A DNA stretch of 34,068 bases from Octopus bimaculoides (Eukaryota), in NCBI RefSeq assembly GCF_001194135.2, contig NC_068982.1:94698858-94732925 (forward strand), written 5' to 3'. Shown here one piece after another: positions 23,841-34,068 of this stretch; within the stretch, counting starts at the first letter, position 1; the number at the start of each line of letters is the position of its first letter. A program made the position numbers and the translations under genes. The notes below the pieces were generated by a model. That model saw only the letters and a list, made by a program, of their open reading frames with translations. It was not told the DNA's origin and did no database searches.

Positions 23841-24745
23841 GTGAGTTAATACAAAGATCGTGACAAATCCAGCCAACATTGTTGGACGGGTGGTATTTTA
23901 AAAATGACATTCGAATTTATAGAGAAATTAGGAGTGACGTTAACGGGCATGCGAAAAGTAAAGTGTTCAAACGACCTTATTATTTCAAAACATTTATCTG
24001 AATTAGTTTATAGCTGATATTGGCTACCAGAATGTACAAGAATCACAGACATGTTGTAGGCATGGCTTGTCCTTAAAACCATTAAGGCCAAGCAGCTAAA
24101 GCCATTAAGGTCAAGCAGCTGTCTTGTCAGTTAAATGAGAGAAAAGTAAACATCTCACGGCAGCAGAACGTCATAAAACTGTCATAAGATTCTTAACAAT
24201 GAAATGATAGCAACTTGACTATAATGACCTTTAATTTCTGTGATTCTTGCACGCTCTCACAGCCAGTGTTAGCTATAAACTAATTTAGTAATTTAGATTA
24301 ATGTTTGATTATTTTGCTTCTCGTGAGCCCGCTAAAGACATTCCTTCTAATTCCTCAACAAATTTGAATGTTATTTATAAAATACCACCTATCCAACTAT
24401 GTTGGTTGGATTCGTCAGAATTGAAGTTTTATCTCACCAGTTTAAAATTGTATATGAAGATGGTAGAGTATATGTTATGATGTAATCAATGAATACATCA
24501 ATGAAATTCAACCTAAACACCAATAGTAAATTTTAAACCCCATTTCTGCATTCTTTTTTCTACCTACGTCACACCTGTAACCAGCTATGTATCGAATATA
24601 TAGTCTAAATTGGGTTTTGTACTTACATACCTACGGTATCCTACACATACTTGACACCTTCATTATTTTGCCTCACTGTGAACCCTAAATTATTGTACCT
24701 AGCCATTTCTGGTGTCCTGCTTACTGATGTGATCTATTGAATCCT

Positions 24746-24755
24746 CTAACTACTG

Positions 24756-24808
<53 letters not shown>

Positions 24809-24851
24809 NNNNNNNNNNACTACTACTACTACTACTACCACCACCACCACC

Positions 24852-24925
<74 letters not shown>
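24746..24925. repeat. Compound trinucleotide microsatellite (TAC)n-(CAC)n-(TAC)n
   Basis: Seen directly. It spans a 10-N gap. Confidence 0.95.
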
Positions 24926-24999
24926 GCACACACACATACACATGCAATGAACAGTAAAAGGAAGAAGAAGACAACAAAGGAAGAACATGATTTACCAAA

Positions 25000-25850
25000 T
25001 ACTTTATTGGCTTAACGCTTAATAGGAATGAAAGATTACGTCTGCGTTTCGAACGTTAATCCTGCATCAGAAGTAAAACAAGTGTCTAAGTGTATAAGAT
25101 AAGTATAATATAAGTGAATGAGAGAGAGAAAAAAGCGGATAAAAATGGACGAGTGACTGGGAACCAAGTGGGAATGCGGTGTTATGAGAGGATTAAGCAA
25201 AGAGGGGCAGAATGATTGTATATTTTCAGGCGTAGGCGTGTGTCCTTTTTTAGATATCGACATTGATGAGGGGTAGTGTCTAGAAATATGTGTCTACAAA
25301 TATGAAGTACAGAATTATAATGCCATGGTTTAGTGAAAATGTCAGTTATTTGTAGATGTGTGTGCATGCGTGTGCGTGTGCGCGTGCGCGTGTGTATGAA
25401 GAAAGGATGGGAGAAAGTAGAAGCAGGCACTAGTGTAAGGTAAAACAGAAAATAAGAGAAATGTTGAGTGTGTGCCACATCATGGATACGAGAGAATCTT
25501 AAGAGTGAGGCAGAGGCAGCTATGATCGAGAAGGAATTAATAGATGATCTGCTAGGAATAAATAGACAGAAGAGAGAAAGTCCGGGAAGCAACAGTGTCA
25601 GATTAAAAGCGACAGAAGAAGCGGATGGTGGTGCGATGGCGGGAGCAAAGTGGTAGGTAAAAGAAAGGGGGATGCAGTTGGAAGGATTCCAGATACAGAA
25701 AAGATATGAATTACGGACTACCACACGGGAAATGTGGGAATAGAAGTGGATAAGGAGCGAGGAAGAAAAGTCAAGGAAGGGTTTCGGAATCGCTGAATTT
25801 GTTGAAGACCGATGTGAAGAGAGTGAGGGTATGAAAGTCAATGAATCAGT
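25000..25850 (-). mobile_element. Highly degenerate Penelope-like element 3' portion (RT C-terminus, endonuclease tail, pLTR with relic hammerhead)
   Basis: The minus strand gives VRNSYLFCIWNPS (cf. RYIDDIFxIW), SSVAFNLTL (cf. VAFLDLT), LDHS...KDS (cf. YLxxSSxHP..KxSIP) and HSAPLCL (cf. PxGLN). It is followed by ctgatgcaggattaacgttcgaaacg at 25044-25070. Confidence 0.5.
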
Positions 25851-26263
25851 GATGTCGATGTATATGCGTGCATGTCTTTGTATGTGTGCGTGTGTACTTG
25901 TGAGTGTCGATGTCTGTATGTGTTTTGTTTGAGTGCATTACTTTGATCCATTGTTGGTGATACTTCGTTAAACGCTTTGAATAAACATTCTCATGTAACA
26001 TTTTCACGTACTAGACTTTTGCCATGCTTACATTTAGGTTACGAACTTTAAGTATGGCAAAAGACAAAGTTGACTCAGTGAAGAGGCAAGACTAGACTAG
26101 ATCACTATAGTTTTTCTGTCTTTCTTCCCATTAAATTTCTGTTACAAGAAAACCAAAAGAAAAGAAACAATACTAGGTGATATTCCTGAACATTTGATGA
26201 AATTGATAATTTTTATTTCCATTTAAATGCGGATGTTCTCTTAGAACAAATTTTACTGTTGTA

Positions 26264-27117
26264 TCAGGTTGGTGCAAAAGATCTAAGGTAAAAATGAATA
26301 AGCCAATGACTATGGAAATATTCATTCATTAACATACTCTCCATTGCTTTCAATGACCTCATTCCATCTTTCAACAACCTTATATATGCCTCGCTTGTAA
26401 ATTCTGTAGGTTTAGAATCAAAATATGAATCCAACTCATTTTCAGTCTGATTCAAGAACGGCGGCGTTTAGTATGATGGTAAAGAATCCACTTTTCATCA
26501 CCTGTAACAAGCCTGTCTACAAACGTTGCTTGAAGGTGCTGCGAAAGCAATGATTGACACCAAGTAGCACACTGTTGTCGATTCTCTGGAGACAGTTCGT
26601 GAGGAACCCATTTTCCAGCCACTGAAACCTTTGCAATGTGTTTTAGCTGGCGTACCACCATTGTTTGGATCACGTTTAACTGTCCTGCAAGTTCCCTAGA
26701 GGTAAAGATAGAGTTCTCTGAAACAAAAGCTTCCAACATTTCCAGAATCAAGATTTTTTGGACGCTATTCTTTCAAAGTGAAATCACCACTTCAAAAACA
26801 GGAAAAGCACCTCCTGCAACTTCTATCATTCACTATATCATCCCCATAAGTGCTCTGAATAGATCTTGCTGCCGCACTTGCATTAACATCTTTATGAAAC
26901 TCGTAGAGTAAAATATTTCTTATGTGATCTTTAGATAGGACAAACATGGTGGTAAAATTTTCTGAGAATTATGGCCAGAAGTTAGATAATTTGAAAGAAA
27001 ATAGTACAAATAGAAGCAGAGATATCTTAAAACTAAAAGAAGAGGTTAAAAAATTGTATAAATTCGCTCTGGAACATATTTTTCTAGAAACCAGACATTA
27101 CTTTTGCACCATCCTGA
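26264..27117 (-). mobile_element. Internally deleted mariner element, 854 bp, with Hsmar1-like TIRs and TA target-site duplication
   Basis: The left end is TA|tcaggttggtgcaaaag (26262-26280) and the right end is cttttgcaccatcctga|TA (27101-27119). Transposase residues lie on the minus strand. Confidence 0.92.
26322..26947 (-). pseudogene. Mariner transposase with the central catalytic region deleted
   Basis: Reads MFVLSKDHIRNILLYEFHKDVNASAAARSIQSTYGDDIVNDRSCRR, then TSRELAGQLNV...KWVPHELSPENRQQ...RLVTGDEKWILY. It then jumps to the C-terminal FDSKPTEFYKRGIYKVVERWNEVIESNGEYVNE*. The second and third catalytic Asp are missing. Confidence 0.9.
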
Positions 27118-28679
27118 TAGTTACAGCGAGAGAAACTCTCATATTGTTTTTTTTGTACAAAATACACTTTTGTTTAATCCCGGCTACTTCCACCTCCTCA
27201 AAACTGCTAAATCACGTGATTTCGACCCTGTTTGATCTTGTCAATGATGAACACTTGACCGCTAGAGACACCATCAATTCATCTCCCCGTCGGAGATATA
27301 TCGATTCACAGTGCCAGGACAGTTGCTGAGGTCGCGTTAAGCCAGTTAGCTTGTGAAAAATATATATTAGCGATAGAGGCAGTATTGATAGCGAGAGGTA
27401 ATATTTATCCCCACTTAAATGTGGACGTTCTATTAGAAAAAAACTTAGGTGGGGTAGTTACTATGAGAAAAACTCTCGTATTGGCTTTTTGATGCAAAAT
27501 GCATTTTTGTTAATATCGCTTGCGCCAAGACCATCAGATCACGTGTTTTCGAACTTGTTTGATCTTAGAGACAATTGCTTTAGAAGCATATACGATTGTT
27601 ATACACATATATTGGAGATGAGTCCTATTGATTTATTAATTGAACATATAGCACCAATTTCCAACAGCTTGGGATGCTGACGCAATGCAGAACAATAACA
27701 TGGTCTGCTGAAGGAGACCAAGAAAGAAAAGTTTCTAGCGGTAATGAGCAGGGAACCCGAGAACTGAAATACAAGACCTGTTTTGGGGGCTTTGATATTA
27801 TATACACGGAATAACACACTTGTACATTTATGTGCATGAAAATCTGAATGAATATATACTTATGTGCATGTGCATGTGCATATATTTATNNNNNNNNNNN
27901 NNNNNNNNNNNNNNNNNNNNNNNNNNNNNNNNNNNNNNNNNNNNNNNNNNNNNNNNNNNNNNNNNNNNNNNNNNNNNNNNNNNNNNNNNNNNNNNNNNNN
28001 NNNNNNNNNNNNNNNNNNNNNNNNNNNNNNNNNNNNNNNNNNNNNNNNNNNNNNNNNNNNNNNNNNNNNNNNNNNNNNNNNNNNNNNNNNNNNNNNNNNN
28101 NNNNNNNNNNNNNNNNNNNNNNNNNNNNNNNNNNNNNNNNNNNNNNNNNNNNNNNNNNNNNNNNNNNNNNNNNNNNNNNNNNNNNNNNNNNNNNNNNNNN
28201 NNNNNNNNNNNNNNNNNNNNNNNNNNNNNNNNNNNNNNNNNNNNNNNNNNNNNNNNNNNNNNNNNNNNNNNNNNNNNNNNNNNNNNNNNNNNNNNNNNNN
28301 NNNNNNNNNNNNNNNNNNNNNNNNNNNNNNNNNNNNNNNNNNNNNNNNNNNNNNNNNNNNNNNNNNNNNNTATATATATACATTCCTCTGCTTTACGCGC
28401 CTTTATTTCATACTAGCATGTGTTTCAACCTGTGGTTATTTGAAACACGATTTTACGGCTGATGCTCTCGCTCTCACCTGCCCTTATTGCTTCACAAGTA
28501 ACAGATTTTGTTTCCTTTTATTCTAGAGTCATAGTGAAGTATAAGGCAACGACACGCACACATATACATATATACAGAGTCACACACCCACGCCCATAAA
28601 CATACATCATAAAGGTATACGTATGTACATTCATACAAATATAAGTTTCATGTCGATGTCAGGTGTGGAGAGAGATTGA

Positions 28680-29750
28680 AGCCAACCCTGTTTGAAGATC
28701 TCTTTCGCAACCAATTTGCAGTTTGCTTCATGGATGCATGGATTCGATAGATTTTTGGTATACTGATAGGGTGCATTCCACCAGATTCCTTTGTTCCATA
28801 TATATGATGTCAGACTAGTGTCGTTGTCACTTCCCCGCTATGGGAAGAGAGATCAAGTATGTTGTTTGCTCTGGTTGATTTGAGTACTACATGCTACATG
28901 TATGACGTATTGGTGAGGTTGAGCAGCGACTCCAACTTTCTTTTTTCGCGTCGCAAAGGTCTTGAGAGTTAAAGGGCCCTCGGTGCATCTTACATTGGCA
29001 GGTTGAAATTTCCCATGGGAAGTACACTAATATGTCTTTCTAATTAGGTTAAGACTTGTATTTTTTTCTTTTTGCGAGGCCGTCTTCAAATCTGCCCGTG
29101 TCATTCAGAGTAATTGGTGGGCAATAAATAGTACATAAAACTATATCGAGTTCTCATTTATGTACAATCAGTGCATTACACATTGGTTTTGAATATGACA
29201 AAAGGATCTGGGGCGTGAAGTATTCACAGATGTACTTTCCAACTCCTCCGAGACTCCTGCCTTTTCTGTCGGTTCGCGATATAGCATACTTTGATATGTA
29301 CTTTTTCTGCATCTGCGATATCGGATTTTAGATGCGTTTCGGTGAATGTTTCATTGCAACCCATAATATCTCTCAGGAAGGAAATATTGGTTCTATTACT
29401 GAGTTGTAACAGTCCTCTAACATTTAGGGATAATATCGATGTGGCTACCAGTGACATCAGCAGTGATGTCAATGGTGGCCACCCTGAATTTGTTGGCTGT
29501 GGTGGACTTGTATGTTTAAGAGAGATGGTGAAATTGATGTAGTCAGATCAGTTGATGCACAATCTTTTGCGCATTAGTAGTAGTGGGGCTAGTAGTACTG
29601 GTGCTTCATTCCCTGGCAGGTCTCTCACTCATGGTATGATCTTTGTTTCCTTGGGGCTCTCTAGAGCCAAGGGAACATCTCTTAGCTCAGTATTTGCACT
29701 CTTGTCATCTTCTTTGAGCATAATTTCAAACACGGCATCAAGGATGTTAA
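28680..29750 (-). pseudogene. Degenerate LINE fragment: ORF2 apurinic-like endonuclease (CR1/L2/Jockey group), with no RT retained
   Basis: The minus strand gives SILSLNVRGL...TETHLKSDIADAE, then MGNFNLP (cf. GDFN), STRANNILDL (cf. PTRxxNxLDL) and LV*HH (cf. SDH), in canonical APE order. Confidence 0.75.
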
Positions 29751-29879
29751 TATGAGGTCTGATGAGAGAAAAAAGCAGATGAGCTCTTGTTTCTTCGCTC
29801 ACATTGGACTGTAGTTTTTCTACAGTTGTTGGCCTTTAGCGCTGTTGTTATTATATTATTTGAGATCTCTCGTCCCGAT

Positions 29880-29992
29880 ATTATACACACACAAACTCTC
29901 ATACATACACGCATGCATGCACACACGCACACACAGACGACACATATATGCATGTATGTATATATGTATTTATCTATTTCTCTGACTCTCTT

Positions 29993-30045
<53 letters not shown>

Positions 30046-30110
30046 CTCTAAGAGAATATACCCAAGTTACCACACACACACACACATACACACACACACA
30101 TTTATGCACA
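29880..30110. repeat. Compound (CA)n/(TA)n microsatellite region
   Basis: Seen directly in the sequence. Confidence 0.9.
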
Positions 30111-31424
30111 CACAAATAGAGTTACTCACTCAGTCAAGACGAGTTTACGAGGTGAAATTTATCAGCAAGATGTCAGGACATGACTTAAACAAACAACAGG
30201 AAATTAAAGATTTTAGCCGCGTTAGTTTGCATATTTCACGAGACAATATACTTGGATCTTTATTAAATTTAGGATAAAATATAAATGCAGCTTTATTATT
30301 CTACCGAGACAAGTGGATAGATAAGAAAATGTATTCTAATGTTTAATTTCAAAAATGCTTATTTTCAAAAACGTAATTGACAGAATAATAAACTTCACTT
30401 TTTCAAAATAAAATATTTTCGAAATATTAAAATCGTTTTTCAAGAATAATAAAGCCTTATTAAAATTTTGACATATTCTCGAATTTATGAGAAACAAATC
30501 AGTATTCAATATATGGTAATTGAAAATAATTTGTTGTGTAGAGAAAAAACAATATATGTATGCGATTTATTTTCTAGCAAGTAAATTAATACAAGGCTCT
30601 TCAGTTTCTATTCAGATGCTTTCAGAATTATGTGCCATTAGACAAGAATGATGACACCACTGGCTTTCAACAATATCCATGCTGTTAATAGTGTGTTTAA
30701 CAACCTACCTAACCCTAGATTTGACACCAGTACTTCACTGTCTATCGGTATAATCGTTTGTATTGACAAATTAATCATCCTCAATGTAAAGTAGGTGTCT
30801 CATTATTAGAAATAACGACTGAAGAGTCGACACACCAGTTAAACTTTTCTCCGTAAAGCCCTTTTAAAACATTAAGATTAATAATACTATTTAATACAAG
30901 GTAACACTGCAAATGGAAGAAAATAAATCGCCAGGAGAATTGATAATATGCAAACAAAAAAAAGATAACATTTGTTGTAACATAGGAAATTGCCACATTT
31001 TTGTCCTTCAAAGACTATATATGCAAATCTCGCCTCACATACGCGCACGTTCACACACACTCACATATGCAAATACATATACATGCATGCACACACACAT
31101 ACACAGACGCACACTAAATTTACACATCACCAGAAACAGCGACCGAAACAATCAAATGAGCTAATTGATTTTATTTACAAAGACTTCAGTAAACAAACAA
31201 ACATACATACAAGGAAAAGCAATAAAATGAGACAAATCGATAATTCCTAATCTCCCAGTAATGCACCTTTTATACCGGTCTTAATCAATATATTGTATGT
31301 AAATAAACCAAATAATAATACTTTAGGTAAAAAAAAACACAGCGTCAGAAAGCAAAAGAAAATAAATATATTGGGATTTATAACCTGTTCAAGGCTAAAA
31401 CAATGCACGGTCATAATGTTTACT

Positions 31425-31745
31425 GATGGTTACTCCGTCGGCTTCACGATGAGCATTCAACCGTTCGAGCAACGGAACTGACTATACGTTATATTACGCT
31501 ATAAGTTCCTTAGTATTCTGCCAACACAACCAAATTCGTTTAACGTAAATCTCAGATGGAATCAGTGTGATTCATTATGTGACGCGGCTGGACTTTTAAA
31601 TTGCAGGTACAACCCATCTGACGGGCTGCCACAGAGTTTCCACTTGCACAATTTTATTCACAGGGTTTTTGTCATCTCAAGGCCTTAGTAAAAAGCACCT
31701 GTCTAATAATTCTTGCTGGAGAACCGAAGTCAATTGTGAAGGGAA
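31425..31745 (-). mobile_element. Very old SINE-like repeat remnant sharing the family 2 head region
   Basis: The segment gacgggctgccacagagtttccacttgcacaattttattcacagggtttttgtc (about 31620-31675) parallels gacagctttctttcagtttccgtctaccaaatgcactcaccaggctttggtc at 6776. Confidence 0.4.
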
Positions 31746-31835
31746 CATTTTAATTGCTCTTGTTTAATTATATCCACATGTTTAATAAAGCACGCTGCCC
31801 AAGCTACAATCATACAACAAATACATATAACTTTC

Positions 31836-31915
31836 TTCGTGCGTATGCATGTACGTATGTATGTACGTATGTATGTACGTATGTATGTATGTATGTATGT
31901 ATGTGTGTATGTATG
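31836..31915. repeat. (TATG)n microsatellite, i.e. (CATA)n on the minus strand
   Basis: Seen directly. It abuts the 3' end of the RLE element. Confidence 0.95.
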
Positions 31916-32660
31916 TTATTCAGTCTTATTTCTAGATTTCCTGCCAATTAAGTCGGTTTCTAGCCTAGATTCAAGGTTCATTCATTTGAATTTTAAACAA
32001 CTTCAGCAAGGCATTTTTCCAAACTTATGTGTATATATTTGGATTCAGTGCATGTGTAGATTTGTAGGCTTTGTTTTTGCATGTTTTCTCTGGCATATAG
32101 TTATGTATATAGACATGCACTTATATATACTTAAAAGCTAATCTTTTTGAAAGTTTTACAAATTTTGACAGCTTCATTAATTGCTTGTATCTGTAATCAA
32201 CAATTTCCCAATTAGCTTTCTCCTTTCTGATTTTGAGGAAGCCTATTTCTCAAGAATGGCATTTTGGCAATGTGTACATCCTGGTGCCCCAATAATTACA
32301 GGTATAAATCTGATCTTGTATCTCGGATAGAGTATCTGTAAATATCTCAATAGCTCAGCGTAAGTATTTTCGTTTTTTGATCTTTACCTTTATGTGACAT
32401 GCCCTAGGTAACTGATTTCCACTACTGTACATAGTTTCTCTTCACTGTCAAAAACCACTAGGTCTGGTCTGTTACGTTTGTATTCTATTGAGGTTTTCAC
32501 TGCGACATTCCACCAGTAATTTTTCATATTATGAGTGACTATGGCCTCTACAATACTGTAGATTCTCATCACTTTAGACTCAAGATCATCATTCCGACGG
32601 ACTTTATTGTACGGTGTCATGGGAAAAACATCATGTCTCATAGGTAGATAATAACGGGAT
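31916..32660 (-). mobile_element. 5'-truncated RLE-type non-LTR retrotransposon (R4/Dong-like group, lineage B)
   Basis: Encodes YYLPMRHD...NYWWNVAVKTSIEYKRNRPDLVVFDSEEKLCTVVEIS, then after a frameshift KVKIKNENTYAELLRYLQILYPRYKIRFIPVIIGAPG. This has RHD, the RPD...E catalytic motif and PVIIGA. The 3' end gaaataagactgaataa joins (CATA)n. Confidence 0.85.
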
Positions 32661-32962
32661 GTATATATATATATATATNNNNNNNNNNNNNNNNNNNNNN
32701 NNNNNNNNNNNNNNNNNNNNNNNNNNNNNNNNNNNNNNNNNNNNNNNNNNNNNNNNNNNNNNNNNNNNNNNNNNNNNNNNNNNNNNNNNNNNNNNNNNNN
32801 NNNNNNNNNNNNNNNNNNNNNNNNGTGTACAAATAACACAGAAAAATAAATTAATAGTTACCAGGGTAGCAAAAATTCACGTAAGCACCAAGGATGTAAC
32901 AGCCTACTTACAAAGGCAGATATTTCAGAGTTTAGTGAAATTTTTGGGTATGCATAGATAAA

Positions 32963-33395
32963 TAAATGGAATTAAAACGCAGGTGTCATTCAAATCTTTA
33001 TACTTCCGACATATATTTCAAAGAAAACGTTGGTATTATTCCAGAAGGAATAAAATGATGTAAAACAATGCAATCTTCTCATCGGGAAAAGCAAGAGAAA
33101 CAAAATGCATCAATAAGACAGTAATGGAAGTAATCGAAGAAAATATTGGTATTATTCTAGAAGGAATAAAATGATGTAAAACAATTTAATCCTCTCATTA
33201 GGGAAAAGCAAGAGAAACAAAACATATCAATAAGGCAGTAATCACATTCGGTTAAAATGTCTTCTTGATGCGTTTGGTGAGAAGCTTGCATTGTTTTACA
33301 TCATTTTATTCCTTCTGAAATGATACCAATGTGTTCTGAGAAACATATGTCGGTAGTATAAAAATCAGATTAACACCTACTTTTAACTCCATTTA
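32963..33395. mobile_element. Foldback MITE with long inverted arms (about 140-160 bp), probable TA target duplication and an internal 116-bp tandem duplication
   Basis: The left arm taaatggaattaaaacgcaggtgtc...ccgacatatatttc...tggtattattccagaaggaataaaatgatgtaaaacaatgcaa matches the reverse complement of 33258-33395. 33023-33138 is repeated at 33139-33243. Confidence 0.85.
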
Positions 33396-33411
33396 TATAT
33401 ATATATATTCT

Positions 33412-33727
33412 TTTACGTGTTTCAGTCATTTATAACCATGCTGGAGCATCACCTTTGGTCATTTTTTGCCGAACCACAATTGGACGGGGATGTCAACACA
33501 TCAGCATCGGTTGTCAAGTGATAGTGGGGGTACAATCACTGACATAAATAACAAATACATACATGGATATATAGGACGGGGTTCTTTCAGTTTCCGCCTA
33601 CCTAATCCACCCACAAGGCTTTGGTCAGCTAGAGATTATAGAAGAACACGCGCAAGATGCCACGCAGTGGCACTGAATCCGGAACCATGTAGTTGGGAAG
33701 TAAGTTTCTTACCACACAGCCACTCCT
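33412..33727 (-). mobile_element. tRNA-derived SINE, family 2, near full length with an internal deletion
   Basis: 33574-33727 aligns with 6774-6938 (A- and B-box-like motifs on the minus strand). The left part tttcagtcattt...ccatgctggagca...ttgccgaacc...cagcatcggttgtcaag aligns with 18262-18440. Confidence 0.85.
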
Positions 33728-33732
33728 ATATA

Positions 33733-34045
33733 TCTATATATATGAAAATGAGAATGTGTGTCTGTCTGTCTGTCTGTGTGTATCCCTAAAACTCGAGAAC
33801 TACGCAACCAATTTCATTCAAATTTTACACATGCCTTACTTAGGGTTCCAGTTGTGTTTTAGTCAAAAACAATTTTAACTTCTTGCAGAGTTCAAGCCCA
33901 CGGCAACATAATATCTCCTCCACTATTTAAGTATTACGTGTCAAAAGTGAAACAAAAACACTCATGTCAAATACTTTCACTTTAAAAATGAAACTGTTCT
34001 ACTAACTGAAACAATCACATTTTGATACTGTAATGACAGATACTT
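33733..34045 (+). mobile_element. Non-autonomous Helitron-like element (DINE-1/Lep1-style architecture), 5' part
   Basis: It starts A|TCtatatatatgaaaatgagaatg, followed by a (GTCT)n microsatellite and aaaactcgagaactacgcaaccaatttcattcaaatttt, the typical 5' layout of such elements. No 3' hairpin or CTRR end is seen. Confidence 0.55.
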
Positions 34046-34068
34046 TCAGAGAGAGAGAGAAAGAGAGA

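Larger units (their letters stand above)
26205..27570 (+). repeat. Local duplication: copy A (about 26205-26263 plus 27118-27240) is split by the mariner; copy B (about 27398-27567) is intact
   Basis: Copy A reads tttaaatgcggatgttctcttagaacaaa...gTA[mariner]TAgttacagcgagagaaactctcatattg...tcacgtgatttcgaccctgtttgatctt. Copy B reads cttaaatgtggacgttctattagaaaaaa...gTAgttactatgagaaaaactctcgtattg...tcacgtgttttcgaacttgtttgatctt. Confidence 0.85.
3557..32824. other. Eleven assembly gaps (N-runs): 3557-4051, 6415-6761, 11256-11822, 13773-14511, 16128-16313, 17137-17636, 18789-18855, 20468-20751, 24809-24818, 27890-28370, 32679-32824
   Basis: The N-runs are seen directly. Most are bordered by (TA)n, (TG)n, (CA)n, (AAT)n or (TAC)n, which is typical of short-read scaffolding. 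Confidence 0.98.

Noticed and set aside
25182-25841. 219-aa minus-strand ORF as a host gene
   Set aside because: It has a Ser/Phe/Leu-biased composition, reads through a microsatellite, and is better explained as decayed Penelope sequence.
30600-30800. Open frames NYVPLDKNDDTTGFQQYPCC and MMTPLAFNNIHAVNSVFNNLPNPRF as exons
   Set aside because: Splice sites are ambiguous and no homology was recognised.
1018-32961. Many 60-315 aa ORFs rich in CV, YI, HT, RE, poly-I, poly-L, poly-T or X
   Set aside because: They are translations of microsatellites and N-gaps, with no coding signal.
33023-33243. CRISPR-like or satellite array interpretation of the tandem units
   Set aside because: There are only two long units within a MITE in a eukaryotic context, with no repeat-spacer pattern.

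Overview
AT-rich eukaryotic genomic DNA, very probably an octopus scaffold. This is inferred from several tRNA-derived SINEs that match octopus SINE consensus sequences as I recall them, and was not checked by a database search. It has 11 N-gaps (about 3.8 kb), mostly bordered by microsatellites. No intact protein-coding gene can be supported. Most listed ORFs are microsatellite or gap artefacts, and the informative ones are transposon relics. The window holds two internally deleted mariner elements with both TIRs and TA target duplications, a near-complete Chapaev3 (CMC) DNA transposon, three restriction-like-endonuclease (R4/Dong-type) retrotransposon 3' ends embedded in microsatellites, three Penelope-like fragments (one with a relic minimal hammerhead motif), two APE-type LINE fragments, a foldback MITE, a non-autonomous Helitron-like 5' end, six to seven SINE copies and several local duplications. 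The most interesting signal is two distinct R4/Dong-type lineages with apparently different microsatellite targets: (TAA)n, which is known for Dong, and CATA/TA repeats, which may be undescribed. A few small candidate exons are speculative.
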